Positions 50,264 through 64,000 of a stretch of DNA of 64,000 bases are shown here, in pieces. Under the pieces are notes generated by a model. The model was not told the origin of the DNA, ran no database searches, and saw only the letters and a list, made by a program, of their open reading frames with translations. This DNA is from Dictyostelium discoideum. Its lineage: Eukaryota. The DNA lies in contig CM000152.2 in the NCBI GenBank assembly GCA_000004695.1, forward strand, positions 5,664,001-5,728,000. The letters run 5' to 3'. The position numbers and the translations under genes were made by a program. The first letter of the stretch is position 1. Every line of letters starts with the position of its first letter.

Positions 50264-53026
50264 ATGACTAAAAAAGGTAAAAAAACACACATACACACAT
50301 ATATAGATATTTATGGTGCACATTCTAATAATAATTTAATTAATTATTTATTATATTTATAGATATGCAATTATCAGCAGATGAACTTGCACAAATAACA
50401 CCATCAAAACCAAAAAGAATATCAATTCCATCAATAAAATCACCAATTGGAAAAAGAAAAAATACTGAAGAAGATGATGAAAATCATCAAACAACTACAA
50501 CAACCACAACAACAACAACAACAGAAGAAGATTCTCTAAATAAAAAACAAAAACTTAATACTGAAAATAATATTACATCAACAGATAACAACAATAATAA
50601 TCACAATAATACAGAAACAACAACAACAACAACAAAAGCACCATTAAAATTAAAAATTAAACTTTCTTCTCCACCAACACCAAATAATAATAATAATAAT
50701 AATAATAATACAACAACATCAAATAATACAGATTCAACAATGTTATCACCATCAAAAGATGATAATAATAATAAAATTAAATCACCAAGAGGATCAAAGA
50801 AAAAAGAAAAAGCAAATGTAGTTATTGATTCAACAGATGAAGAAAGAGAGTTGAAAAAAGCAGAGAAGAAACAAAAACGTCAATCTAAAAAAGAACAAAA
50901 AGAAAGAGAACAAAAAGAAAAGGAGGAATCTAAACATATAGATATTAGTGGTGATGATAATGGCGGTGGTGGTGAGGGAGAGGAGGATGAGGAGGAGGAT
51001 GATGATGGAAATCACAATTTCATTTCAACACCACCATTATTAGATCCAAATACTGATAGGGAAGAAATTGATAGAGAAAAGAAGAAAAGAGAAGAAGTTG
51101 AGGATACTGAAATTCAAAATACTCCACAAGAGAAACTCAATCATTATAAGAAAATATTTGGACAAATCATTCAACTTTTAATGAAAAAGGATACACATGG
51201 TTTCTTTTATTCACCAGTGACTGAGCAAATTGCACCAAATTATTTTAAATACATTAGAGAACCAATGGATTTCGAAACCATGTTAAAAAAGAATAAAGAG
51301 TTTCGTTATTTAAATATTGATAAATTTCAATACGATTTCACACTAATTTGTGAGAATTGTATGAAATATAATGATTCAGCTTCAGTTTATTATAAAGAAG
51401 CCAAAAGATTATTAACCAATGGTAGATCAATCATTCAATCATTTCGTTCAAAAGTTGAATCAACTGAAGGTAAACCATTGGCAATTGGTCCTGTTACTGC
51501 TGTCCCTTCTGCTGCAACCTTAAGAGAAAGAGAAAGAAAAGCAAATCAAATTTATAATCCTCCTTCACCTTCAACTAATAACATTATAACTACTACCAAT
51601 AACAACACTACTACAGCTACAACAACAACAACAACAACACCATCAAAAAGAGCTCAAAGAGGTAGGAAAAAGAAAGAAGAGTCATCAGAAGAAGAATTAT
51701 CAGAAGAGGAAGAAGAGGAAGAGGAAGAAGGTGGTGGTGAAGAGGTTGGTGGTAAAAGTGGTGCAGAAGAAAAAAAAGGTGAGGAGGAGGAGGAGGAAGA
51801 AGAAATTGAGGAAGAAGAGGAGGAGGAAGGTGGTGATAAGGTTAAAAATGGGGGTAGTGGTGGCGTTGGTGGTGATAAAACTGCAGGTGGTGGTGGCGGT
51901 GGTAATGGTGGTGAAAAACTATCAAGATACAAGATAAAGAAACAACAAGCGGCCGCCGCAGCAGCAGCACAACAGGCAGCACAACATGCAGCACAACAAG
52001 CGGCAGCAGCACAACAACAAGCAGCTCAACAACAAGCAGCAGCAGTACAACAACAACAACAATTGATTCAACAAGCAATGTTACAACAACAGGCACAAAT
52101 GCAAATAAACCAACGTTTCTATGGTTTACCAGCCGTAATTCCAAGTAATTCACCAATCCAACAAAATGTTTATTTAGAACCAACTCAATACACTCAACGA
52201 CCTACCAAACAATCATTACCAAAGAGAAAGTATGTAAAGATTGATTTACAACCAAAAGTACAATCACCACCAGAATCTTTAAAAACTTCATTCTCTCTCA
52301 TTAAATCGATTAGTGATGATGCAAATGTATTGATTTCACCAGCTTCAAGCTTTAAACCTGCCGTATACAATATGTATGTTCCAATAGTTGGTAATACACC
52401 AATTGGTTCTTATCAAGTACTTGGTCAAAATATTGAACCAAATTTTTTAAAAATTAATGAATTACCAAATTTAATTGAACAACCACAACCACAACCAATA
52501 AAAGATATTACTGAACCAATGATTATTGAATCATCACAACAACCACAACAACAACCACAACAACAACCACAACAACAAGATGCGAATAATACTACAACAA
52601 CAACAACAACAACTTTACCAACCGAAAGTACCGAAAATCAAGTAGAAATTCAAGTAGAGATACCAAATACTACTACTACCAATACTACTCAACAACCACC
52701 ATTAGAACAATCACAAGAACAACAACAGCAACAACAACAACAACCACTTGAATCAATGAATACTCAAATTGATGGAAATGATACAACTACACCTCAAACT
52801 CAAATTGAAGTTGAAACACTTCAACAACAATTACAACAATTACAACAGCAACAAATAGTTGAAGTTCAAAAAGCGGCCGAATTACAAAAAATGTTTAGAG
52901 AACCATTTATTCCAAACCCAGATTTAGTTGAACAAATGGGTATTGATAAACCAGTTTTATTTAATGAAATTCCAAATTATCTTTCAATTAAATATAAATT
53001 AAATGATAATAGTAATAATAATAATA

Positions 53027-53125
<99 letters not shown>

Positions 53126-53975
53126 GTTTTATAAAATCAGATGAACAAAAATCAATATTTAAAAATGATATTCCAATTGAATTAATACCAAATGAAACTA
53201 TTCAATTTTTAAATCAACAAATGTCAAGTCTTATAAAGAGTGGTAGTTTTAATTTTAATAAAGAAATCAATGATTCAATTCAAAGTAAAACTCAAACTTA
53301 TATTGAAAATCGTATTCAACAAACAAGTGCTTCTGAAGTTTCAATTGATACTGATCAATTTAAACAAGTTGGTGAAATTTTAAAGAGTAAAGGTGTCGAT
53401 ATTGAATTTTTAAATTCATTAATAGTTTCAACTCCACCATTACAAACTAATGAAAATATTACTTCACCTTCATTAAATAATCAACAACAACCACAACAAC
53501 AGCAACAACAACAACAACAAGATGTAAATAATAATAACAACACTAATACTAATCAAACTCAACAATCATCACCACAATTACAGCCAATGCAAATTGAAAC
53601 AACTACAACAACAAATAATAATACTACAACAACAAGTTTAACAACATCACCAGTAACACCAAATACATTATTACTTCAAGAACATCAAGAACAATTTATT
53701 CAAACTTTTAATCAAATTTTAAGAGAAAATTATGAAGAGTTATTTAGATTACAAGTTTCACAATATCATAGAAATGGTTTCCCAAGAGCTTCAGAGGATG
53801 AATTCCAAAAAATTTCAACCGTTACTGAAAATATTAAAGCCATCGGATTACAATTACCACCTTCTGCTTTAGTTAGTTCAAAGAAATCCTTAAGACAAGC
53901 TATAGCTAAAAGTGGTTTATTCATTGGCTCTGGTAGAAGACCAAGAATTTCTAATAATAATAATATGGATGAATA

Positions 53976-53976
<1 letters not shown>
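50264..53976 (+). CDS. bromodomain-containing nuclear protein with acidic/basic low-complexity regions and poly-Q/N tracts (13-nt first exon)
   Basis: join 50264..50276, 50363..53976. Bromodomain FFYSPVTEQIAPNYFKYIREPMDFETM...YNDSASVYYKEAKRL; KKQKRQSKKEQKEREQKEKEE; polyE/G; polyQ/A; N40 tract. Confidence 0.8.
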
Positions 53977-54012
<36 letters not shown>

Positions 54013-54471
54013 ATAGAAAAAACTAAAAATAATAAAAAAAAAAAAAAAATATACACCTTCCCCGAAACAATGAAATTTTATTAATAAAAAAAAAAAAAAT
54101 AGAAGAAAATCAAGAAGAAAAACCACTTTTAAAATAGATTTGTCAAATCTAAGGTTTTTTTTTTTTTTTTTTTGAAAAAATAGATTCTTTTATTTTAAAA
54201 ATCACTTGATTCTTTCTTGTAACGGAATTCAGCCAATAACAAAATTTTTGGATTTTTTTTTTTTTTTTCTTTTTTTTTTTTTTTGTTGACCGAAAAAAAA
54301 AAAAAAAAAAAATATTAATGGGTCAAATCATATATCATAGTTTTTTAAAAAAAAGATTTTTTAATTTAATCGTTTTGAATGATTATAGTGGAGGAATGAA
54401 ATTGGTTAACCAAGCAAATTCTAATTTTAATATTTTTTTTTATTTTTATTTTTTTTAATTTTTCAAGAAAG

Positions 54472-54502
<31 letters not shown>

Positions 54503-57346
54503 ACAATAGATAGTTTTATAATCTTGTTTCTATCCAAAAAAAAATAATTAATTATTTTTTTTTTTCAATAACCTTTTTTTAGTATAAAGGTAAGTAATCA
54601 AAAAAAAAAAAAATTAAAAAGATTTTTTTTTTATTATTTTATTTTATTTTATTTTAAACTTAGATATACCCTTCTTCATTATTATTCAAAAAATTGTTTT
54701 AAAAATATTTGACCTTTTTTTTTTTTTTAATTTTATTACTTTTTTGTTTTAATCAATGTTTTTTTTTTTTTTTTTTTTAAAGGAGCATATTGTTTGTGTT
54801 AAACATGACAAATTTGTTTTCTTTTAATTAATTAGATATACTTTTTCATTTTAAAAGTTTTTTTAAAATCTATTCAAATATTATGGAAACAATATCTTGA
54901 TTTTAATTAAATTATCAAAATATTAACCAAAAAAAAAAAAATTACCATTTTTGTATTGTGGGGGTTTAAAAAATTTGTAAGTCAAAAAGATTAGATTTTT
55001 TTTTTTTTTTTTAAAAACAATATTTACCACACTTTGATTTGAAAAAAAAAAAAAATCACAATTTTTTTTTTTTTTTTTTTATAACCAAAAGTGTCATCAA
55101 TCAAATATTTGATTTATTTACAACTAATTGTGATATAAAGTGTTAAATAAGAAATATGATTTAGTTTTTATTTTAATTGTTTTTTTTATTATTTTAATTT
55201 TTTATTTATTTTATTTAAACTTTTAAAATAAATATTTTTTAGTTGACTTAGGTCACGTTGTACCACTCATTCTTTTTCTTTTTTTTTTTTGTTTTTTTCA
55301 GAAAACAAAAAAATAAATAAATAAATAAATAAAATAATAAAAGATAAAATGTAAAATAATTGAGCTATTCATCACTCATTTATAATCATAAATCATTCTC
55401 GTGCCCACACACACCCACACACCCACACACACACACCACAACAACCTTTTTCCACTGGATCAACACATACTTTAAACCACACATAACAAAACACACTTCC
55501 ACAAAAAAAAAAAAAAAATAAAAATAAAAATAAAAAAAAAAAAAATCCACATCAATACTTGTACTTTACTTTTTGTTATACTCTGTCGAGATATATTTGT
55601 TAAATGAATTTTAAAATAATTATGATCTAATCACACAACAAAAAGATTTTTTTTTTTTCTTTGGGGTTTTTTTCATTTATTTTAATTATTTTAATTATTT
55701 TGATTATTTATGGATAAATTTATTAATTTATTGATTTTTTTATTTTAAAACAAAAAAAAAAAAAAAAAATAAAATTTTAATTTCTTTTTTTGTATAAATT
55801 TTAAAATTTATTTATAGGTTATTAATTAATATGTTCAATATTATTTTAAAATAAAATTAAATAATTAAATAATTATAATTATAATAATAATAATAATAAT
55901 AACTGCCAAAATAAATATCGTCATATAAATTTTTTTTATAAATATAATTTTTTTCATCAATAAAAATTGATATAGAAATAGATTTAAAACTTAAAATAAT
56001 TATAGATAAAAAAAAAAAAAAAAAAAAAAAAAAAATAAAATCATTTTTTTTTGTTTTTTTTCTAATTTTAAATTTTCTAATTTATTTTAAAAAGTAGGTA
56101 TATAATAAAGGACTTTATATTTTTTTATTTATAATTTTTTTTTTTTTTTTATTAATTTTAAAAATTTATTTTATTTTAAAATAAAAAAAAAAAATAGTTT
56201 TGATTTATTTTTATAATTTTATTTTTATTTTTGGGCCTTAATATATTAATAATCCATTCATTTAATATAAAAAAAGGTAAATGACAAAAAAAAAAAAAAA
56301 AAATCACACAATGATTCTTTAAATAATATGGTCAAAATTATTGTAATATGGTTTTTTTTTTATTTTTTTTTTTATTTTTTTTTCAAATCACAATCATTCA
56401 CTAAATTTTTTTTTTTTTTATTTTACCTAAAGATTTTTTATTATAAAATAATCAAATAAATATACTCAAAAATGTAAAAAAAAAAAAAAACAAAAAAAAA
56501 AAAAAAAAAAAAAAAAAGAACCACACAATAAACTCTACATTTTAAATGCTTTTACAATATATGTAATCGTTTTAAAACATTCAATTAAAAAAAAAAAAAA
56601 AAAAATCACAACAACCCCACTTTTTTTTTTATAATTCAAACTTTTTTTTCTATTACACACTAGTACCCCTTTTACTTTTTTCTAATTAGCCCCCACTCAC
56701 TCATTCAAATTTAACATTAACATTTAGTAAAAAAAAAAAATAATAAAATAATTAAATTATTTAAAAAAAAATAATAATAAAAAAAAAAATAACAATTAAT
56801 TTTTTTTAATTGTTATTTTTTTTTTTTAATTATTTTTTTATTTTTGTTTAAAATTGGTTATCAAATTAATCAAAAAAAATAAACATTAATGTTGTTGTAA
56901 TTCGTGTGTGTGTGCTAATATTTATTACAGTTAAAAAAAAAAAAACAAAAACAAAAACAAAAACAAAAATAAACAAATTAAAGGTTATATAAATTTTTTA
57001 ATACTTGTATTTTTAAAAAAGTAAGAAAAATATTTTTTTTTTTTTTTTTTTCTTTTTCCTTTGTTTTAAATCAGTTAAAAGATAAATAATTATTATTTTT
57101 TTTTTTATTGGGTATAATTTTTATTTAGTGGTTAATTTAATTTATTTTATTTCATTTTTTTTTTTTTAAAAAATAAAAATAAAAAAATAAAAAATAATTT
57201 ATCTAATCAAAAAATTTTTCTTTTTTTTTTTTATTTAAAAATTAATTAATTAATTACATTAATGTAGTTTAATTTTTTTTTTTATTAAAATTTTTTTTGT
57301 AATTTTATTTTTTTAAGAACGGAAAAGAAAATAAAATAAAAAAAAA

Positions 57347-59844
57347 ATGAAATTTAATAAATTATATTTATATAAACTTGAAGGTCAAGATAAGAAATCA
57401 TCAGTATATAGTTTAATAACACATCCAGTTCCAAGTATAGTTTTAGCGTACTTTTTTATGGTTTTAGTTGTAGTATGTCCATTATATGATGAAAGTGAAC
57501 AATTGACCAAAGGAAATTTAATATATTTATTGGTATATTTACCATGTGTAACATTTTTTTGTTTTGCAGTATTCTTCCCATTGACATTTACATTTTTAAA
57601 TTTACCTAGAATTCCATTCAATGTGAAATCAACATTTCTTTACCTAACGATTTGGGTATTCTTTTTATCATTTTGTCATTTAGTTTTCATGTTAATTGGT
57701 ATATTTCCAATACCATTCGAATGGATAATCATTTCATTTGGTGTTGGTGTACCATTGGTTTATTTATTAGTTTGGTTAAGTATTTCAAAACATGTTAAAT
57801 CTGGAAAAGATACAAATCATTCAACATTAGTATCAGAAGTTTTAAATGAAAATTCAACATCACAATATGGTAATTATAGTAGTAATTCATATCGTCATAA
57901 TCTTTATCAATATGAAAAAAATGGTGCAGATATTGAATCACCACAGTTATCAACAACATCAGCAACAACAACAACTTCAAATTTAACTCCACCATCAATG
58001 ATGTTTTATAAAAAAGATAGTAGTAATAATAATAATATTATTAATACAAATACTACTACTACTACTTCTACTACTATTAATAATAGTAATAGTAATATTA
58101 ATACACCAATACAAAAAACTGAATTCATTAATGAAACTTCACAAGTTGGTATACCATTAAAAGAAATTTATTCATCAAGTCAAATTAATTCAAATCCACT
58201 TTTAATTGGTTTAAGTTTAAATGAGTCATCTCAACAACAACATCAACAACCTCAACAACAACAACAACAACAACAATTAAAACTTTCAAAAACATTATCA
58301 GAATCACCATCAAAATCAAATCCAAAATCATTATCAAATTCATTCATTCAAAATTTATGTGTAAATGATGGTGCAAATGAAAATATTGAAGAAATAATTA
58401 ATATTGATAAACATGTAAATAATAATATTAATAAAAATAATAAGTGTAATAATAATAATAATAATATATCAAGTAATAATACAAGTAGCGTAAATTTAAA
58501 TAATTTAAATACAATTGGTGATGATATTGAAGAAAATGATGGTGGTAAAAGTATTGGTAGTAGTGTTTCAGGTTCACCAAGATCATCTATTGATATTCCA
58601 TTCGATTTATCAATTGAACCTGGTGGTATAACTTCACCAAAATTAAATAGTTGTAATAATAGTAATAATAATAATAGTAATGGAAGAATCATTGAAATTC
58701 CAAAATTAAATAATAATGTAGAATTTGAAAATAAAAAAGAATCAACAAATACAACATCATTAGATGATAATTTCATTTCAGCAACAACCCCAAGAAATTA
58801 TAATTCATCAACAAATAAAAGTTTCTTTTCAAAAGATGGTTTCTTTTTTAAATGGTGGATTGTATCATCAACGATTATTTTAGGTCCATTTGGTTATGCA
58901 ATTTTTCATATTTTCCTTTTTGCTTTCTATAGTGTAACAAATAATATTTTCCAAGTTATTCTTATCGTATCTTTTCAAATCATTGTATTTATATATAAAT
59001 TAATCTTTAGATTATCATTTCATAGAATGAGAAGAAATTTACCAAATATCCCATTAAGGTATGTAAATTTAAAATAATAATAATAATAAATAATAAAAAT
59101 AATAATAATAATAATTAATCAATTAACCACCTCTCCCCTCTCCCTTCCCCCTCATTTTTATTTTTATTTTAAATATTTAGAGTATTTCAAGATGGTAGAG
59201 TTTTATTTTTATTTTGGTTAGAATTAAGTTCACATTGTTTCTTTTCTATGGTATTTCCACATGTCGGAGCATGGTATATGATTATTATTTATTTGGCGTT
59301 GGAAGCTGTGACATTGACATTACAAATATTTGTTGATACTATTGCATTTAGAAATTGGTGTATTAGAACATTTGAAAAGTTGTATGAACATTTTTATTTG
59401 ATAAAATATGAAGGTGTTTTAATGTACAATATTTTAGGTCAAAATGGTGATTTGGATAGAACAGTATCATTGGAGATCTTTTTCTTTAATACTGTTGCAA
59501 GAGCGTTATCGGGTTTCGCATATATTGTATTCTCATTAACAATTTATTATGGACCAAATCAAGAATACTACCCAACTATTAAATCATTATCAGAATTTAA
59601 TTATTTTCTAACATTATTATATGCTTTTGCTTCATTAACAACCGCTTTAATTCATATGTACATTTTTAAAAGAATACTTAAACATGTTTATAAAATTAAT
59701 TTAATTAAAAGAGGTATTCAAGTTTGGGGAAGAAAACCTGATGTTGCTTTCTTTTTCATTACAAATTGTTTCATATTGCCACTTGTTGTATTATTACAAC
59801 AAAATAATGCTGTTAGTTTTTTAATTTCAAATTTAAATAAATAA
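57347..59844 (+). CDS. hypothetical polytopic membrane protein, 2 exons
   Basis: join 57347..59058, 59181..59844. Four or more N-terminal TM helices, a long Ser/Asn/Gln-rich linker, then ~6 C-terminal TM helices. Donor AG|GTATGT and acceptor TTTAG|AG keep the frame. Confidence 0.6.
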
Positions 59845-60205
59845 ATAAATAAAAAAAAAAAATAAAAAAAAATATGTATTAAAAAAAAAAAAAAAAAAAA
59901 AAATTATTTTCTATTTTTAATTTATTTTTAACCCATTTCATTTTATTTCTAAAATTAGATTTTTTATTTCCTATATCATTTTTAATTTAATTTAAATTAT
60001 TTATAACCCACCCTTTAAAAAATACAATTATAGGTTTATTAATTATTTTATTATAATTTTTTAATTTATTTATTTATTTTTTTATTTGAAATTAAAAATT
60101 GTTTAAAAAAAAAAAGTGTATAAATAATTTTTTTTTTTTTCATTTTATTTTTTATTTTATTTTATTTTTATTTGTTTTTTAATAATTATAATTAATATTA
60201 TTAAT

Positions 60206-60763
60206 ATGGGAAATAATCATTCAACTTATGAAAAATTAGAAATTGGAAGTAAATGTCAATCATTGAAAGTAATTAATAATGAAAAAGTTGGTGATGTTTA
60301 TTTAGTGATGTATTCTGAAATTAAAGATGGAGAAAGTAAAAATGAAATTAATAATAAAAAACCATCAAGTTTTTTAAATGATATTCATTATACAATTGTT
60401 ATTGATGTTGCTGGTGAATCTAATGATGAGAATGGTATAATGGGATTAGAAGTTCATATTGTATTAGAAAAGAATTCTAAAAAGATTCAATTGTGTTTTG
60501 AAAGAAAATTTGGTGAAAATCAAATATACCAAGAATTATCAATGTATTTAGGTAAAATTGAAAATATTTACCACAAAGATCAACCATTGGAATGGTATTT
60601 TGGATTAAATAGAGTAATTTTAACTGAATGGTTTAATGAATTTATTGAAAATGAAAATAGAGGTGATAAATGGTCAATCTATAGTAATTGCTATACTTTT
60701 TCAAAATTTTTAATTGAAAAGTTTAAATTTAATAATATTTATCAATTGAATTGGCCTCATTAA
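60206..60763 (+). CDS. hypothetical protein with N-myristoylation consensus (MGNNHS) and a possible NlpC/P60-or PPPDE-like Cys motif
   Basis: 185-aa ORF; N-terminal MGxxxS; C-terminal SNCYTFSKFL resembles the NC[EN]HF catalytic Cys context of LRAT/PPPDE-type papain-fold proteins (weak). Confidence 0.4.
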   Translation: MGNNHSTYEKLEIGSKCQSLKVINNEKVGDVYLVMYSEIKDGESKNEINNKKPSSFLNDIHYTIVIDVAGESNDENGIMGLEVHIVLEKNSKKIQLCFERKFGENQIYQELSMYLGKIENIYHKDQPLEWYFGLNRVILTEWFNEFIENENRGDKWSIYSNCYTFSKFLIEKFKFNNIYQLNWPH

Positions 60764-61284
60764 TTTCTTAATTTTAATATTTTCAAATATAGAGAAAAAA
60801 ATAAAAAAAAATTAAAAAAAAAAAAAATAAATAAAAAAAAAAATAAATTAAAAAAAAAAAATGAAATATTAAAAAAATATAAAAAATAAAAGAGGTTTTA
60901 GAAAAAAAAAAATCTAAAAAAATTCCTCAAAAGGACATTCAAAAATAGATCAAAACAAAACCCTTTTATTATTTTCATTATTAATTAAAGACTTTGGAAA
61001 TTCAAAGAGAAATAAATATTAAATAAAAAAAAATAAAAAATAAAAAAAAAATAAAAAAGAATATAGTAATATTTTTTTTTTTTTTTTTATTTATTTATTA
61101 TTTTTTTTTTTTATTTTTATTATTTTTTTTTTTATTAACAATTATAAATTACCGTAATTATTATTATTATTATTATTATTATTATCAATCATTGTAATAA
61201 TCAAAATATCAAAATTACCTAAAAAAGAATTAATGTAAATAACGATATTAAAAAATAAAACAATTGTTATATTTTATTGTTTAA

Positions 61285-61324
<40 letters not shown>

Positions 61325-61466
61325 TTAAAAAAAAAATAAAAACTTTTTAAAAAATAAAAATAAAAATAAAATTTGTTAAGCGATTTATTCTTTTATTATT
61401 TTTTATTTGTTTTATTTTTTTTTGCATTATTTGTTTTTTTTTTTAATATTAATTAATTTTTTTGAT

Positions 61467-61508
<42 letters not shown>

Positions 61509-62441
61509 AGGGCAAGTTCAAATTAAATTATTTTTTTTTTTTATTTTTTATTTTTTTTTAAATTTTCATTAATGGGCGAACGAAATTTGTAGAAAAATAA
61601 ATACACTTTTTAAACACACCCACACACTTGGTTCGTGTAATATATAAGACACCCACTTATATATATACACATATAACATATATTAAACGATAAATATATG
61701 TAAAAAAAAAAAAATTAATGATATAATTATTTTAATAATTTTATATTGTTGTTGTTGTTGTTAATATTATTGTTGTTGTTTTGTTATCGTACATAAATTA
61801 TATGAACCCACATACACACAATTTTACTAAATTTAATGTAATAATAATAATAATAATGTTTATTATATATAAAAATTGTCATCATAATATCACATTTAAC
61901 ATTATTTTTTTATAATTTTTGTTTTGTGTTTTTTTTTTTTTTCTTTCTTATTTAATATTTTCGTTTTCCTTTATTAAAAACAAATAAAAGTATTCTCTTA
62001 AATTTTACACTTGGTATACATTTATGTAACCATATTTAATTCATATACTATCTAAAAAAAATAAAAAATAAAAAAATAAAAAAAAAAAAAAATTAAAAAA
62101 TAAAATAAATAAATTAACAAATATTAAAAAAAAAAAAAAAAAAAAACAAAACACAAAAAAAAAAAAAAAAAAAAAAACAAACAACAAATAAAAAAAAAAA
62201 TTATTTATTATATTGTTAAAACACTATTATTATTATTCATTAATTTATACTTCATTTATTTCTATTTATTAATTTATAAATATTTTAAAATTAATAATAA
62301 AAATAATAATTATTTTAATAAATAATATTAATAATAATAAAAAAAATAATAATAATTAAAAAAAAAAATAAAAAAAAAAAAAAAAAAAAAAAAAAAATAA
62401 AAATTGTACTTTTAAAATACTATTAGACATTTTTCATAACA

Positions 62442-62473
62442 ATGTCAAATTACTTGAACGCAAACTCAACAGA

Positions 62474-62520
<47 letters not shown>

Positions 62521-62822
62521 TTAATAATAATTTTAATACAACAGATTTTAAAATTGTTGGCAATTTCAATACCCCACCAATTGGGAGCAATAACAATAAT
62601 AACAATAATAATAATAGCATATCAACTCAATCTCTTCAAACGATTAATGAATGTAATAGTGGAGGAGAACAGTCACCAAAAATTAAAACCAATAATAATT
62701 CATATAATACACCAGTTTCATCATCAACGTCCACAACTGGTACGAATACAACACCAATGAAGTCTACACCAATTCATAACTCTTTACAAAATATTTTTAA
62801 AAATGCAAATAGGTCAAATTTA

Positions 62823-62898
<76 letters not shown>

Positions 62899-62927
62899 GT
62901 GGTTGTGGGAGTGGTAGTTTAAATAGT

Positions 62928-62970
<43 letters not shown>

Positions 62971-63169
62971 GTAATAATAATAATAGTAATAGTAATAGTA
63001 ATAGTAATAATAATAATAATAGTAATAGTAATAATAATAATAATAATAGTAATAGTAATGCATACCCGTTAAAATATTATCAACATCCTCAGCAATCATG
63101 TTCAAATTTGGATTCTTTTGAAAATTTATCACCATTAAGACAATCATCAACTTTATTAAATTTTAGTTC

Positions 63170-63219
<50 letters not shown>

Positions 63220-64000
63220 GTAATAATAATAGTAGTAATAATAATAATAAGAATAATAGTAGTAAAAATAAAGTAGGAGGTGGAAATAATAAAAATAATG
63301 GTGGTGATGATAGCGCTCAATTTATTTCATCTGATAATAAATATAATACTGTTGGAAATGAAACTCATCATCATCATCATCATCAACTTCATAATCATCG
63401 TCATTCAAATGTTCAAGGTAGTTCATCACCAATTAAATCATCACCAAAATTAATATCTTCACAATCTCTTGGTAATATTTTTAGTCAAATCTCACCAAAT
63501 ATAGCTTTAACAACAAATATATCACCACATGGATCACCATTTTCCTCTTCATCATCTTCAAGAAAATCATCTTCATCTCCTTCTTTTTTAAATCAAAATA
63601 ATCAAAACAATCCAAATAATCAAAATAATCAAAATAATTCAACATCTCCACATGAAAAGTCATTTTTAAATAATTCAAATGATAGTTTTGATTATAATGA
63701 TAATTCAAAAAGATTAAGAAATAGATTAACTAGAAATACAGGGTATAGTAGTACAGGTAGCATTGGAAATAGTAGCAGTAGTAGTTTTTATAATAATAAT
63801 AACGAAAATAGTAATATATATTCAAAAATTAAACATACAAGAAGTAGTAGTGGCGGTAATAAACCATCACCAAAATATTTTCAAACTTCACAAGCAATAT
63901 ATACTCCACCATATCCACAACCATATCCACAACCACCTCAACTACCACCACCATCATCATCATCATCATTATCTAAAGAAAATGATAATGTCGACAACAA
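62442..64000 (+). CDS. partial (3'-incomplete) Asn/Ser-rich low-complexity protein
   Basis: ATG at 62442 (MSNYLNANSTE...). The frame stays open through poly-N, poly-H and PYPQP tracts to the window end. The antisense poly-Y ORF 62929..63150 is an artifact. Confidence 0.5.

Noticed and set aside
55380-55450. CA-rich tract (cccacacacacccacacacc...)
   Set aside because: A simple dinucleotide-like microsatellite in intergenic DNA, with no further structure.

Overview
This window looks like Dictyostelium discoideum nuclear DNA. It is very AT-rich, has long A/T homopolymers, coding (AAT)n/(CAA)n microsatellites giving poly-Asn/Gln tracts, and short GT-AG introns often after tiny first exons, so no prokaryotic operon, CRISPR or defense-system reading applies. 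Gene content, left to right: three tandem cytochrome P450 paralogs on the minus strand (the third a decayed pseudogene); remnants of a pogo/Tc1-like transposase; an integrase-encoding DNA transposon (8055..13180) with 145-bp terminal inverted repeats (TIRs), carrying a 1.19-kb near-perfect palindrome; a 5'-truncated non-LTR retrotransposon (reverse transcriptase, RT) abutting an intron-containing tRNA-Ser(CGA)-like gene, with a truncated divergent copy 2.8 kb away; cyclophilin; a 3'-5' exonuclease; an LYR-motif protein; a RING/UBZ/AT-hook protein; a METTL13/EEF1AKMT4-like methyltransferase; a RhoGAP; an S1P-like subtilase; two divergent small paralog genes; two tandem tRNA-Gly(UCC) genes with a nested cluster of tRNA-targeted retroelement fragments at the canonical ~46-bp upstream site; a secreted Thr-rich mucin-like protein; a bromodomain protein; a polytopic membrane protein; an N-myristoylation-motif protein; and a partial Asn-rich ORF at the window end. 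The most unusual structures are the palindrome inside the transposon, which sits exactly at the integrase stop codon and carries tRNA-like motifs, and the repeated retroelement hits with overlapping target-site duplications (TSDs) upstream of tRNA-Gly. Manually derived coordinates may be off by 1-2 nt.
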